Shown: positions 16,500 through 26,496, counted from the stretch's first letter. The stretch is 64,000 bases of DNA from Minisyncoccia bacterium (GCA_049287305.1 JBAQFO010000014.1:453-64452); one strand, 5' to 3'. The notes: a model not told the origin generated them from the sequence alone. Translations and numbers: made by a program.

Positions 16500-17126
16500 A
16501 TGATAATCACATATTTCGGGAAGCAGTTTTTCAAGATTGGACAAGGGGACATGGTCCTTGCCTGTAATCCTGTAAGTAAAGCATCAAAAACCGGCATATC
16601 GGCTAAGTTTGGCGCGGATGTTGCGTTTGTGACCATCAACCATCCCGACTATAACGGCATAGAACAGCTGACCCACGGAGAACGAGAGCCTTTTGTTATG
16701 AGCGGACCCGGAGACTATGAGATAAAAGATATTTTTGTGAAAGGAGTTCTATCAGAGACCGAAATAGGCGGCAGGAAATACATCAACACCATTTACCTGT
16801 TTTCCGTGGATGGCACTAATATAGCTTTCCTGGGGCCCATTGGCAGCGAAGACCTTTCCAAAGAATCCCGCGAAGCGATAGGAAGTCCCGATGTCCTTTT
16901 CATTCCTGTGGGAGGGCATGGGATGCTAGACGCGAAATCTGCCGCCAAGCTTGCGTCTGCCCTTGAAGCCAAACTAGTCATCCCTATGGACTACGATGAC
17001 GCTTCGCTCAAAACATTCTTAAAAGAAATGGGAGAAGACAAAGCTGAGGTTGTGGAAAAATTAACCCTAAAGAAAAAAGACCTTGAAACCAAGGAAGGAG
17101 ATGTTATAGTCTTAAAGGCGGTTTAA
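16500..17126 (+). CDS. Metal-dependent hydrolase of the MBL fold (UPF0173-like).
   Basis: The N-terminus MIITYFGKQFFKIGQGD resembles UPF0173 MKITYLGHACF. 208 aa. Confidence 0.55.
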   Translation: MIITYFGKQFFKIGQGDMVLACNPVSKASKTGISAKFGADVAFVTINHPDYNGIEQLTHGEREPFVMSGPGDYEIKDIFVKGVLSETEIGGRKYINTIYLFSVDGTNIAFLGPIGSEDLSKESREAIGSPDVLFIPVGGHGMLDAKSAAKLASALEAKLVIPMDYDDASLKTFLKEMGEDKAEVVEKLTLKKKDLETKEGDVIVLKAV

Positions 17127-17138
17127 ATATATAATTTT

Positions 17139-17402
17139 ATGAAAAAAATAATTCATCACATTAAGCACATAAGAAAACAACCGGAGGAAGTAAGGAGGCA
17201 TATACTGCACGTTGTCACCGGAGTTTTCGGAGTTATCTTGCTTATGCTTTGGGTTTTCTCACTCGGCACGGCTTTTTCAAATAACGAGAACAAAACTACA
17301 TTAAGCAATGACTTGAAACCACTATCGGCGCTCAAGGCGAACTTCGTGGGAGGATATCAGAGCATAGTCAATCCGGTTTCCGATACGGGAGCATCCGAAT
17401 AA
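17139..17402 (+). CDS. Small single-TM hypothetical protein.
   Basis: 87 aa with a TM helix ([21 protein letters not shown]). Confidence 0.35.
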   Translation: MKKIIHHIKHIRKQPEEVRRHILHVVTGVFGVILLMLWVFSLGTAFSNNENKTTLSNDLKPLSALKANFVGGYQSIVNPVSDTGASE

Positions 17403-17409
17403 TAAATTT

Positions 17410-19884
17410 ATGGCAAAACAGTCCAAGGAATCAAATGAAAAATTGGTAGGGGGAGACATGATTCTGCCTGTAGATGTGGTGGCGGAAATGAAGGAATCCT
17501 ATCTTGCTTACGCGATGTCGGTTATTACTTCGCGTGCTCTTCCCGACGTCAGAGACGGATTAAAGCCCGTGCACAGAAGGATATTGTTTGCGATGAACGA
17601 GCTCGGACTTACTTCTACAGCACGCTTCAGGAAATCTGCCGCAGTAGTGGGAGATGTGCTTGGAAAATACCATCCGCATGGAGATACTGCCGTATATGAT
17701 TCTATGGTGGGCATGGCGCAGGAATTTTCTTATCGCTATCCGCTAATTTTAGGCCAGGGAAACTTCGGTTCTATTGACGGAGACAATGCGGCAGCGATGC
17801 GTTATACGGAAGCCAAGATGGCAAAAATTTCAGGCGAACTTTTGCGCGACCTGGAAAAAGAAACCGTGGATTTTCGCCCAAACTACGACCAAACCAAGAA
17901 AGAGCCGGTGGTGTTTCCGGCTAGCGTGCCCGCACTTCTTTTAAACGGGACGCTCGGTATCGCCGTCGGTATGGCGACAAACATTCCTCCGCACAACTTG
18001 GCGGAAGTTTTGGATGCCACCATGCACCTGATAGATAACGAAGATGCGGCCACGGAGGATTTGATGCAATTCATAAAAGGGCCGGACTTCCCGACGGGAG
18101 GCATAGCCTTCGGCTCTAAAGACATGCTGCACGCGTATTCTTCCGGAAGAGGAGGGGTGGTTTGCAGGGGAGAGGCTGAAATTGTGGAACAGAAAGACGG
18201 GAATTTTTCGATAATCATTACTTCCATTCCTTTTAGGGTTAATAAATCAAATTTGATTGTAAGTATTGCCGAGCTGGTGCAGGAGAAAAAACTCGAAGGC
18301 ATCAAAGCTCTTCGGGATGAGTCCACCAAAGATATACGAGTGGTCATAGATTTAAAGCCGAGCGCTCACCCTGAAAAAGTTTTAAACTATATTTATAAAA
18401 ATACCCAGCTGGAATCAAATTTTAATTTCAACATGGTGGCGCTCGTGGACGGGGTTCCGGAAACTCTTTCTCTTAAATCCATACTTACGGAATTCATTTC
18501 CCACAGGCAGGACGTGGTAAAAAGGCGTTCAATATACGATTTAAGGAGAGCTGAAGAAAGGGAGCACATTTTGCTTGGACTCAAAAAAGCGCTGGATAAG
18601 ATAGATAAAGTTATTAGTGTTATCCGGGCTTCCAAAAATTCCCAAATAGCGAAATTAAATTTGATTAAAGAGTTCAAATTTTCAGATTTACAGGCGGCGG
18701 CTATTTTGGAAATGAAGCTTGCCAAGCTCGCGGGGTTGGAGCGAAAAGCAGTTGAAGACGAGCTTGCGGAAAAGCAAAAGTTTATTGCCATGATGAAAGA
18801 CCTTCTTGCAAGCCCTAAAAAAATCCTTAAGACTATATCCGCTGAACTTCAGGAAATTCGCGACAAATACGCGGATGAAAGAAGGACAAAAATAGTAAAA
18901 GGCGGAGTAAAAGAAATTTCCGACGAAGACTTGGTGCCTGAGAAAGAAACGGTTTTGGTGCTGACGGCCGGAGGATACGTAAAATGCACCGACCCTTCCG
19001 AATATCGCTCTCAGAAAAGAGGAGGGGTGGGAGTTATTGACCTTGAAACCAAGGAAGAAGATTTCGTGACGATGCTAGTTTCAGGTTCCACTCACAGCAA
19101 TCTTCTTTTCTTTACAAACCTCGGCAAGGTATATCAGATGAAAATGTATGATATCCCGGAAGGCCGGCGCGCCACTCGCGGGAAATCAATTATGAATTTC
19201 TTACAGCTATCTGGAGAGGAAAAAGTAAATTCAATTCTAGCGATGCCGAAAGACTTAAGCAAAGTCCCGTCTTCGCTCATGCTTGTAACCAAGCATGGCA
19301 CGGTAAAGAAAATGGCGACTGAAAGTTTCAAAGATGTGAGAAGAAGTGGGATTATCGCTATCCGTTTGGACAAAGATGACCAGCTTATTTCCGCCTTGGT
19401 TACCGAAAAAGGAGAAGAAGTAATGATGGCTACGGCTCAGGGGCAATCCATAAGATTCAAAGAGTCCGATGTAAGGGAAATGGGCAGGACGGCAGGCGGA
19501 GTTACCGGCATGAGACTTGGCAAAGGGGATGAGGTTATTGGCGTTGATGTCATAAAAAATAATCAGCAAAAAGATCAAAAGCAAGGGTATTTCTTAACTA
19601 TGAGCGATAATGGTTTCGGCAAAAAAACAAGCCTAAAAGAATACAAGGTGCAAAAGCGCGGAGGCTCCGGAATAAAAACAGCTAAGGTTACATCCAAAAC
19701 CGGGAAACTGATAGTAGCCAAAGTTTTGACCGGTGAAGAAGAAGAGCTTATTGCCATGTCCAAGAAAGGACAAGTTATCAGAACGGCTCTAAATAATATT
19801 TCTTCTTTGGGACGTCAAACACAGGGTGTGACTATCATGCGCCTACGCACGGGAGATTCCATCGCTTCTCTCGCCTGCATCTAG
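17410..19884 (+). CDS. gyrA: DNA gyrase subunit A.
   Basis: [29 protein letters not shown], the active-site region, C-terminal beta-pinwheel repeats and a GyrA-box-like QKRGGVGV. 824 aa. Confidence 0.9.
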   Translation: MAKQSKESNEKLVGGDMILPVDVVAEMKESYLAYAMSVITSRALPDVRDGLKPVHRRILFAMNELGLTSTARFRKSAAVVGDVLGKYHPHGDTAVYDSMVGMAQEFSYRYPLILGQGNFGSIDGDNAAAMRYTEAKMAKISGELLRDLEKETVDFRPNYDQTKKEPVVFPASVPALLLNGTLGIAVGMATNIPPHNLAEVLDATMHLIDNEDAATEDLMQFIKGPDFPTGGIAFGSKDMLHAYSSGRGGVVCRGEAEIVEQKDGNFSIIITSIPFRVNKSNLIVSIAELVQEKKLEGIKALRDESTKDIRVVIDLKPSAHPEKVLNYIYKNTQLESNFNFNMVALVDGVPETLSLKSILTEFISHRQDVVKRRSIYDLRRAEEREHILLGLKKALDKIDKVISVIRASKNSQIAKLNLIKEFKFSDLQAAAILEMKLAKLAGLERKAVEDELAEKQKFIAMMKDLLASPKKILKTISAELQEIRDKYADERRTKIVKGGVKEISDEDLVPEKETVLVLTAGGYVKCTDPSEYRSQKRGGVGVIDLETKEEDFVTMLVSGSTHSNLLFFTNLGKVYQMKMYDIPEGRRATRGKSIMNFLQLSGEEKVNSILAMPKDLSKVPSSLMLVTKHGTVKKMATESFKDVRRSGIIAIRLDKDDQLISALVTEKGEEVMMATAQGQSIRFKESDVREMGRTAGGVTGMRLGKGDEVIGVDVIKNNQQKDQKQGYFLTMSDNGFGKKTSLKEYKVQKRGGSGIKTAKVTSKTGKLIVAKVLTGEEEELIAMSKKGQVIRTALNNISSLGRQTQGVTIMRLRTGDSIASLACI

Positions 19885-19922
19885 TTTCCTCTCTGTTTTT
19901 TGGGTATACTATATAAATACAT

Positions 19923-20441
19923 ATGTTCGCGGACCCTATAAAAAATTTAAATGCACTGGGCCTTCGGGAAGACGATGTTGTGGCCGACCTCGGAGCGGGG
20001 ACGGGATATTATTCTATTTTCGCCGGGGCGCTTGTGCCGAAAGGAAAAGTTTATGCCGTAGAGGTGGATAAGCATTTCTTAGATACTATTAAACACAAAG
20101 TAAAAGAGGCTCATTTAAATAACGTAGAAATAATTTGGGGAAACGTGGAGAAATTGGGCGGGACCAAAATAGGGGACAGTATTGTGAGCGCGGTCATTGC
20201 CTCAAATGTTCTTTTTCAGCTTGAAGACAAGGAGGCTTTCGTTGCGGAAATAAAAAGGATACTGAAGCCCGGAGGCAAGGTGCTTCTGGTTGACTGGAGA
20301 GAGGACTCGGTGATGGGAGGGAAAATAACTATCCCCAAAAATAAAACTTTGCAAATTTTTGAAAAAGCAGGCTTTGTTTTTGCGCGCGACATAGATGCCG
20401 GCAACCACCATTATGGTATTATATTAACCAAGAGACAATAA
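19923..20441 (+). CDS. Class I SAM-dependent methyltransferase.
   Basis: Motif I VADLGAGTGYYS and motif post-II LKPGGKVLLVDW. 172 aa. Confidence 0.7.
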   Translation: MFADPIKNLNALGLREDDVVADLGAGTGYYSIFAGALVPKGKVYAVEVDKHFLDTIKHKVKEAHLNNVEIIWGNVEKLGGTKIGDSIVSAVIASNVLFQLEDKEAFVAEIKRILKPGGKVLLVDWREDSVMGGKITIPKNKTLQIFEKAGFVFARDIDAGNHHYGIILTKRQ

Positions 20442-20449
20442 ACAGATAA

Positions 20450-21742
20450 ATGAAACCAAATTTCCAACTCATTATAATCATAATCTTTATTGCTGCCGCA
20501 TTGGTAGGGATTTTGGTTTTCTCGGGGGCTATCCCGATAGGTAAAGATGGTGACGGCAACCTGGGGAATGTTGTCCTGTGGGGAACCGTGCGTTCGGGTC
20601 TTCTGGCGGAGCCGCTGGAGTTATTCAACGAAGCCAATCCTTCTTTTGTGGTTAAATACGTGCAAAAATCTCCAACGACTTTTGACCGAGACTTGCTGGA
20701 AGCGCTGGCTACCGGCAAAGGACCCGACTTATTTTTCTTGCCTGATGATTTGGCTTTCCACTATGCTAATAAAATTTTCTCGATTCCATACGCCAGTTTT
20801 CCTTTATCTTCTTTTAAAAATACATTCTCGGGCGCCGGCGAAGTGTTTCTCACTTCCAAAGGCATAATGGCCTTGCCTGTGTCGGTAGACCCGCTTGTTA
20901 TGTTCTACAACCGAAGTATTCTAGATGCTAATGGCATTGTTTATCCTCCGGTGTATTGGGAAGATTTGGCGGGAATGATTCCTACTCTGACAAAAAAAGA
21001 TGATACCGGGAAAATTACCCAAAGCGCTGTGGCCCTGGGTCACTCTTCCAACGTAGCTCACGCCAAAGAAATACTTATCGCTCTTTTTATGCAGGCCGGA
21101 AACCCGATTACCACCGAGACAAGCAGTGGGAAATTTAGTTCAAGCTTGGATTCGGCGGTGGGAAGCTATAACCTCCCGTCTATTTTAAAATTTTACACGG
21201 ATTTTGCCGACCCCAATCATCCGGCATATTCTTGGAATAAATCTTTTGCCAATTCCGATGAAGTTTTTTCCAGCGAGAATGTAGCTTTTTACTTCGGTTA
21301 CGCGAGTGAACTGGAATCTTTTGTAAGACGAAATCCGAACCAGAATTTTTTCGTGGCGCCCTTGCCCCAGATTAAAGATGCCAAATTTAAGCTGACAGGA
21401 GCTCGAGTTACCGGGCTTGCCATATCTTCCGCTTCTCGGAATTTCAATACTGCCTTTACCGCGGCGAGCTTGATGGCCACCACTGATTTTGCCAATAAAT
21501 TCGCCAAGGCGCAAAATCTTCCGCCCGCCCGCAGAGACCTTCTTTCAGTAAAGCCCGCAGATGCGTTCTCTCCTGTTTTTTTCAGTTCGGCTTTGTTCGC
21601 CAAAGGCTGGCTTGACCCTTCACCTGCCGATACCGATAGTATTTGGGCGGGGATGGTAAACGCCGTGCTTTCAAATAGCCTTTCCGTAGATGACGCAATC
21701 AAGGATGCCAGTTCTAAGCTTAACCTTTTATTAATTAAGTAA
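20450..21742 (+). CDS. Membrane-anchored extracellular solute-binding protein (SBP_bac_1-like).
   Basis: N-terminal TM anchor. VVLWGT...PDLFF...MALPVSVDPLVMFYN is typical of sugar-type periplasmic binding proteins. No cognate permease is nearby. Confidence 0.5.
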   Translation: MKPNFQLIIIIIFIAAALVGILVFSGAIPIGKDGDGNLGNVVLWGTVRSGLLAEPLELFNEANPSFVVKYVQKSPTTFDRDLLEALATGKGPDLFFLPDDLAFHYANKIFSIPYASFPLSSFKNTFSGAGEVFLTSKGIMALPVSVDPLVMFYNRSILDANGIVYPPVYWEDLAGMIPTLTKKDDTGKITQSAVALGHSSNVAHAKEILIALFMQAGNPITTETSSGKFSSSLDSAVGSYNLPSILKFYTDFADPNHPAYSWNKSFANSDEVFSSENVAFYFGYASELESFVRRNPNQNFFVAPLPQIKDAKFKLTGARVTGLAISSASRNFNTAFTAASLMATTDFANKFAKAQNLPPARRDLLSVKPADAFSPVFFSSALFAKGWLDPSPADTDSIWAGMVNAVLSNSLSVDDAIKDASSKLNLLLIK

Positions 21743-21746
21743 AAAA

Positions 21747-22154
21747 TTGGGTTTTAATTCCGCTAAAGAAATGAAAAAAACAACAAAATATTTAACAGTA
21801 TTAATAGTTTTCATGGTATTAATTACACCCCTTGTTTCATTTGGAGCAGGATTGGTTCCTGACTGTAGTCCTAAGTGTGGATGGAAAGATCTTATGTTTC
21901 TTGTAAACGGAGTAATAAATTTTCTTCTTTTTAAGATGGCTGTGCCTATTGCTGCTATTATGTTTGCATTTGCCGGGTTTAAAATGCTTACGGCTGGAGG
22001 AGAAGCCGCTAGTGCGAGAACAAAAGCCAAGGAAATATTCATAAACACGCTTTTCGGACTTATTATAGCTATAGCCGCTTGGCTCATTATTAGCACGCTT
22101 CTGTTTATTTTAGGATACGATGGGTCTTGGATAGGACTTAAAATTAGTTTATAA
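21747..22154 (+). CDS. TrbC/VirB2-like (T4SS-type) pilin-family protein; probable start Met21771.
   Basis: Signal peptide, a Cys pair (CSPKCGW), two hydrophobic helices separated by a short basic loop (GGEAASARTKAKE), and a conserved AxW near the C-terminus. Confidence 0.55.
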   Translation: MGFNSAKEMKKTTKYLTVLIVFMVLITPLVSFGAGLVPDCSPKCGWKDLMFLVNGVINFLLFKMAVPIAAIMFAFAGFKMLTAGGEAASARTKAKEIFINTLFGLIIAIAAWLIISTLLFILGYDGSWIGLKISL

Positions 22155-22161
22155 TATTAAA

Positions 22162-22539
22162 ATGAATTTTATAAAAAAAAGTTGGGTGCAGATTACGCTT
22201 ATAGCTGTCTATTTTTTATTACCGCTAATGTCTGTCGTGGCAGAAGGAGAAGTTCCGGGACCTTGCGACAAGTCAGGTAAAATTTGTAATCCCATTCCGG
22301 ACATTACTTCAATTCCTGGGCTTATTCAGATAGTCTTGGAAGGTGCTATAAAAATAGGTCTTCCGATTGTTGCGCTGGCTATCATATATGCCGGGTTTCT
22401 GTTTGTGGCTGCCAGGGGCAATCCCGAGAAGCTAAGCACAGCCAAAGACACTCTTTTATATACATTAATAGGAGCGGCGATACTCCTAGGTTCATGGGCC
22501 ATAGCAAAAATGATAGAAAGCACCGTGCTTGCATTATAA
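22162..22539 (+). CDS. TrbC/VirB2-like pilin-family protein.
   Basis: Same architecture: signal peptide, CDKSGKIC, TM1, ARGNPEKLSTAKD loop, TM2 with GSWAI. Confidence 0.55.
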   Translation: MNFIKKSWVQITLIAVYFLLPLMSVVAEGEVPGPCDKSGKICNPIPDITSIPGLIQIVLEGAIKIGLPIVALAIIYAGFLFVAARGNPEKLSTAKDTLLYTLIGAAILLGSWAIAKMIESTVLAL

Positions 22540-22553
22540 ATTAACAATTAATT

Positions 22554-23231
22554 ATGAAAAAAAGATTATTAAAATTTGTTTCGGTGTTTTCCCTGACAGC
22601 GTTCTTTCCGCTTGTCGCCTCGGCTCAGGTTTTGGGAGATATAGTAGTTACCATCCAGGATTTTTTAAATTCAATCGTTCCAGTTCTGATTGCGCTCGGA
22701 GTGGTTTACTTCGTGTGGGGGGTGGTTCAGTTTGTCATTGGAGATAACGAAGAAGCCAAGACAAAAGGCAAGGATAGAATAATTTTTGGCCTAATCGGAT
22801 TTGCCGTCATTATCGGACTTTGGGGTTTGGTGAACATAGTGGTGAACTCTTTGGGATTTGAAGCGGGGTCGCTCTCCGCGCCCGAACTTGCGCCTATTGC
22901 AACAGCTCCGGCGGACGGAACTTGCACTATGGGAACAAATTTTCAGGGTCTTCTTGGTTTCTTTACCTGTATAATCAACAATTCTGTTATCCCTTTGATT
23001 TTCGCCATTGCAGTAGTTATGTTTATATGGGGGGCTGTTAAGTTCTTTATTATAAATTCTGACGAGGAAGCGCAGCGAGAGCAGGGAAAGCAGTTTATGA
23101 TTTGGGGGATTATAGCGCTGACTGTTATGACAGCGGTGTGGGGCCTGGTGGGGCTTCTAGGTGAAACTTTCAACATAGGGGGCAGGGTGCTTCCGCAGGT
23201 TTGCCCTCCTGGCTCAGAACAGTGTAATTAG
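22554..23231 (+). CDS. Tandem-fused double TrbC/VirB2-like pilin-family protein.
   Basis: Two consecutive pilin-like modules, each with LxSIVPVLIALGVVYFVWG ... EEAKTKGKDRIIFG ... WGLV. An internal CTMGTNF...FTC Cys pair starts the second module. 225 aa. Confidence 0.55.
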   Translation: MKKRLLKFVSVFSLTAFFPLVASAQVLGDIVVTIQDFLNSIVPVLIALGVVYFVWGVVQFVIGDNEEAKTKGKDRIIFGLIGFAVIIGLWGLVNIVVNSLGFEAGSLSAPELAPIATAPADGTCTMGTNFQGLLGFFTCIINNSVIPLIFAIAVVMFIWGAVKFFIINSDEEAQREQGKQFMIWGIIALTVMTAVWGLVGLLGETFNIGGRVLPQVCPPGSEQCN

Positions 23232-23323
23232 GTAGATGCCCTTTATTTTGTATGTGTTATAATTGAAGTATATTATTAGTCATTATTATTAGGTCGCTTA
23301 ATTATTAAGTTAATTTATAAATT

Positions 23324-23722
23324 ATGAAAAAGAAATTGGTTATCTTGGCGGGTTTGGCTATGATGAGTCCTCTTGCGGCTTTCGCCCAGGTGGATACAAG
23401 TGGAGCTACCTCTACTTCATGTAGGTATGGTTCAGACGGAACTTTGTTTGGAATATTGTGCCGGGTTGGAGAATTCCTAAACTCAATCGTTCCCGTGCTT
23501 ATTGCTCTCGGAGTGGTTTACTTCGTGTGGGGAGTCATCAGCTTCGTTATGGCAGGGGATGAGGAGGCAAAGACAGCCGGAAGAGACAGAATCATCTTCG
23601 GTATCATTGGTTTGGCTGTTATCATCGGTATGTGGGGTCTTGTAAATCTTCTAAGAAACACATTTGATTTGAACAACACCACCGACATTGAGCTTCCAAC
23701 CGTGCCTGTTATTATTGAATAA
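23324..23722 (+). CDS. TrbC/VirB2-like pilin-family protein.
   Basis: Signal peptide, SCRYG...LC Cys pair, and the same conserved core. The DNA at 23485-23545 is near-identical to 22672-22735 of the previous gene. Confidence 0.55.
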   Translation: MKKKLVILAGLAMMSPLAAFAQVDTSGATSTSCRYGSDGTLFGILCRVGEFLNSIVPVLIALGVVYFVWGVISFVMAGDEEAKTAGRDRIIFGIIGLAVIIGMWGLVNLLRNTFDLNNTTDIELPTVPVIIE

Positions 23723-23728
23723 TAAAAT

Positions 23729-24055
23729 ATGGATTTATTTTCCACTAAAATTGCTTACGCCACCCTAGACAGCTTCCTCCTGAATGTGAGCAATACCATA
23801 ATAAATCCTCTCATAATATTCCTGTTTGCTTTGGCGATGGTGTTTTTCCTCTATGGTGTTCTTGAATTTATTTTGAATCAAGAAAACGAAGAAGCGAAAA
23901 CCAATGGCAAGAGCCATATGTTATGGGGGATTATCGGACTTACTATTATGATGGGAGTCTGGACAATCCTAGGGATGATTATAAAGACCTTCAACATACA
24001 GGATGTTGATGTAAGAGGAGGAAATATTAAAGTGGGGGATCAGTTAACTCCATAA
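23729..24055 (+). CDS. TrbC/VirB2-like pilin-family protein (shorter, no clear signal peptide).
   Basis: Conserved core (INPLIIFLFALAMVFFLYGVLEFI..NEEAKTNGKSHMLWGIIGL..GVWTILG). Confidence 0.45.
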   Translation: MDLFSTKIAYATLDSFLLNVSNTIINPLIIFLFALAMVFFLYGVLEFILNQENEEAKTNGKSHMLWGIIGLTIMMGVWTILGMIIKTFNIQDVDVRGGNIKVGDQLTP

Positions 24056-24095
24056 AAAATTCTAAAACCGGTAAAAAATAGAAGGTAAAAAGAGA

Positions 24096-24130
24096 AAAAG
24101 GCGTCCCGAGAGCGGGACGCCTTTTTGTTT
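24096..24130. terminator. GC-rich bidirectional terminator (GGCGTCCCG-AGA-CGGGACGCC flanked by T-runs on both strands).
   Basis: Perfect 9-bp stem. It sits exactly at the boundary between the pilin array (plus strand) and the high-GC operon (minus strand). Confidence 0.7.
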
Positions 24131-24200
24131 TCTTTGCGTGGCCAGCGCGATGTTCTAGAAAGCATCCTCCTGGTGCTTCCTGGCCGTTTGAAGAACATGA

Positions 24201-25250
24201 CTAAGCGCAACGTCCCCCACCTGGATAAATCCGGAAGGAGACATGCCCATTTTCAGGGTCGTTCGGGTCCCAAAACTTCTTGGCACCAGACCGCTGAGGT
24301 TCGGGGAGCTGCGAGCAGTCGTCCCCGGGGGTGAACAGGAAGGGCTTCTGCCCGGGATACTGCACCATGATCGGGGCGTCAGCTTCGAGGCTGAACGCGT
24401 AATCGGCAGTGACTTCCGTGGGCGTCATCTTCCTGATCTTCGACGGGAGCGACTTGGCGTGCTCCTGTCTCGGTGCGTTCTCACGAGCCTGAGGGGCTTG
24501 AGAGGACGGCGCCGGTGCTGCCTGTGCGGTGGAAGAGGCCGAACCTCCACCACCGAACCAGTAACGGTAGAACCTCCGCCACCAAGTCGGGATGACCCCG
24601 GCTTCTTCCTGGTTAGCGGACTTACCGCCGACCAGGGTGGTGGCACCATCTACGACTACGGGGACGACACCGCGTTCCGAGAACGCGGTGTCGGTGCTGG
24701 CGTGAGTCAGTTTGCCGCTCGCATCGAGCGGCAGAACGTTCTTGGCCGTGTGCGGCATGTTGAGAAGCAAGAACGTTACAACCGCAGCCGTGCCGAAGAT
24801 CCAACCTGCGACCTTCTTGTTGCCGCGACCGAACTCAGTGGCGACCCATCCGGCAATGAATGCCGCACAGGTCCAAAGGATGAGGTCAATGGCGATATGA
24901 CTCTGCCAGAACCAAACCCTACGGCCGAGATCGTCAAAATGATAAAACGCGTAGGCGTTCGAGACGCCCGTCACGCGCACCGCGATCATCATGACGCCGA
25001 CCCACACCATCAACATCAGGAAGAAGTCCTTGATGGCTCCGAAGAAGCCCTTCCGGCTTCCGCCGCCTCCGCCTCCGGCAGTTGCACCACCGGTGGTGGT
25101 GAAGTGAGACAGAAAACCCTTCCCCTTGGTGGCCAGGAACCAGACTCCGAGGAGTCCGATTACTGCCATGGGGAAGGAGATGGCGGGAAACTTCGTTGAC
25201 ACCCAGTAGGCGAGAAGTGCGACGGCTCCAGCTTCAATCAGTAGAATCAT
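24201..25250 (-). CDS. High-GC integral membrane protein of unknown function (N-terminal TM helices, Gly-rich linker, Trp-rich C-terminal half).
   Basis: 349 aa. GC about 58-60% against about 39% background. RBS AAAGGAA upstream. Last gene of a three-gene minus-strand operon. The antisense 318-aa ORF was rejected. Confidence 0.5.
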   Translation of the reverse strand: MILLIEAGAVALLAYWVSTKFPAISFPMAVIGLLGVWFLATKGKGFLSHFTTTGGATAGGGGGGSRKGFFGAIKDFFLMLMVWVGVMMIAVRVTGVSNAYAFYHFDDLGRRVWFWQSHIAIDLILWTCAAFIAGWVATEFGRGNKKVAGWIFGTAAVVTFLLLNMPHTAKNVLPLDASGKLTHASTDTAFSERGVVPVVVDGATTLVGGKSANQEEAGVIPTWWRRFYRYWFGGGGSASSTAQAAPAPSSQAPQARENAPRQEHAKSLPSKIRKMTPTEVTADYAFSLEADAPIMVQYPGQKPFLFTPGDDCSQLPEPQRSGAKKFWDPNDPENGHVSFRIYPGGGRCA

Positions 25251-25322
25251 GGGATGTTTTTCCTTTCAAATCAGTTACGGAGCGGGAAGCTCAGGTGAAC
25301 CCCCGCTCCTTGGTTTGTTTAC

Positions 25323-25757
25323 TTACGGCCAGTCCTTCGACCCGCCGTCCTTCGTTGGGTCGATAGGGCCCTTGAATCTCGTGGCTTCCGGAGTGTCTTT
25401 TCCGACGAACTCCTTGGCCTTTTCCTTGTAGGGGATTGACTTGGCCCAGTCAATCGCCTCACCGAGGGCTCCGCTAACTCCGTCGAGGTTCAGCTTGAAC
25501 CTCTCCTTCGCTTCGCTCTTCCTCGTCTCAAGGAGGGTTTCCAGCTTAGTCAGCTGTTCCTCCGAGAGGTCTTCCACGTCCGCCTGCGCGTGCAGGCTGA
25601 TGAGGTCCTCGATGTCGCTGACGAGCTTCTTCGCGTCGTCGGCGGTGTTGACCGGCCTCTTTTCAAGGTCCTCGATCGCGTCATCCGGGCCGTATCCACA
25701 GCCCGACAGCGAAAGGAGAACCAGCATCATGAGAGTTGCGAACGTTTTCAGTTTCAT
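25323..25757 (-). CDS. High-GC lipoprotein (signal peptide plus LSGC lipobox), acidic and helical.
   Basis: MKLKTFATLMMLVLLSLSGCG is a type II signal peptide. RBS GGAAGGAG. 144 aa. Confidence 0.5.
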   Translation of the reverse strand: MKLKTFATLMMLVLLSLSGCGYGPDDAIEDLEKRPVNTADDAKKLVSDIEDLISLHAQADVEDLSEEQLTKLETLLETRKSEAKERFKLNLDGVSGALGEAIDWAKSIPYKEKAKEFVGKDTPEATRFKGPIDPTKDGGSKDWP

Positions 25758-25773
25758 GTCGTCGTCTCCTTCC

Positions 25774-26316
25774 TTACTTTGACTGTGCTTTCAAGAACGT
25801 CTTCAGCATCTTCATCGTCTTTCTGGCCTCCAGCCAGTTGTCGACGAAAGACACCGGTCCGGCGATGATGGTCCAGAAGAGGGAATTCCAAAAGACTTTC
25901 CCCCAACTACCGTCACACCCGAAGTAGAACCCACGAATCCCTCGGCACGCATACGGGTTGTAGCCCGTTTTCTTTGCCGATGACGATCCGAAGAGCCAAT
26001 CCAGAGGATTGATATCCACGACGGGCTTGCCATTGAGGCCGATGTACCACATGGCGCCCGACAGAACAGTGAGACCGAGCAGGGCCCAGAAGACCCAGTC
26101 GTTGTCGGAGATGAGCGGGAGAAATTGCTCCCGCAATTTCTCGTCGTCTTCCTTCAGAAACCAGGCGATGACGACGAGGATGAGCATCATGACGACGATG
26201 GCGGTAACCTGAAACGCGGCGTAGCCGTATTTCAGAGAAACCGCCAAGAAGATGATGGTGAGAACCCACTTAAGCATACCAGTGGGCTCAGGCTTCGCAA
26301 TGTTTGTCACACCCAT
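25774..26316 (-). CDS. High-GC membrane protein of unknown function.
   Basis: 180 aa with 3-4 TM segments. RBS AAGGAG 7 nt upstream. The 5' UTR contains a perfect hairpin CACCTCT-TTCGG-AGAGGTG (26337-26360). Confidence 0.5.
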   Translation of the reverse strand: MGVTNIAKPEPTGMLKWVLTIIFLAVSLKYGYAAFQVTAIVVMMLILVVIAWFLKEDDEKLREQFLPLISDNDWVFWALLGLTVLSGAMWYIGLNGKPVVDINPLDWLFGSSSAKKTGYNPYACRGIRGFYFGCDGSWGKVFWNSLFWTIIAGPVSFVDNWLEARKTMKMLKTFLKAQSK

Positions 26317-26428
26317 GGCGCAACTCCTTTTCGGTCACACCTCTTTCGGAGAGGTGGTAGGTCAGTTGAACTTCTCAAACTCTATACGAAACTCTTTACG
26401 TTCCAGCTACAAGCTGGAACGGGAATTC

Positions 26429-26496
26429 GGCTTAAGTAAACATTAGTAGTGGTTTGATTGCAGATCTGCAAATCAACACTAATGTTTACTTAAGCC
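26429..26496. repeat. 68-bp near-perfect palindrome centred on AGATCT (19-bp perfect outer arms, GGCTTAAGTAAACATTAGT / ACTAATGTTTACTTAAGCC). A second perfect palindrome TTCCAGCT-ACA-AGCTGGAA lies at 26401-26419.
   Basis: Seen in sequence. It lies in the promoter-proximal region of the high-GC operon, about 90 bp outside the GC transition. Confidence 0.7.

Noticed and set aside
20450-21742. The solute-binding protein as part of a complete ABC import system.
   Set aside because: No permease or ATPase genes are adjacent. The downstream genes are the pilin array, so it is treated as an orphan binding protein.
24243-25199. A 318-aa plus-strand ORF (Arg/Gly-rich) inside the high-GC island.
   Set aside because: It is antisense to the 349-aa membrane-protein gene, which has an RBS and a sensible hydropathy profile. 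High-GC DNA produces long spurious ORFs in many frames, and its RGRRRCC-type composition is typical of such artefacts.
24096-26340. The high-GC island treated as a confirmed host-derived transfer.
   Set aside because: It is not rejected as a finding. The specific donor attribution and the exclusion of an assembly chimera cannot be established from the sequence alone, so it is stated only as a hypothesis.
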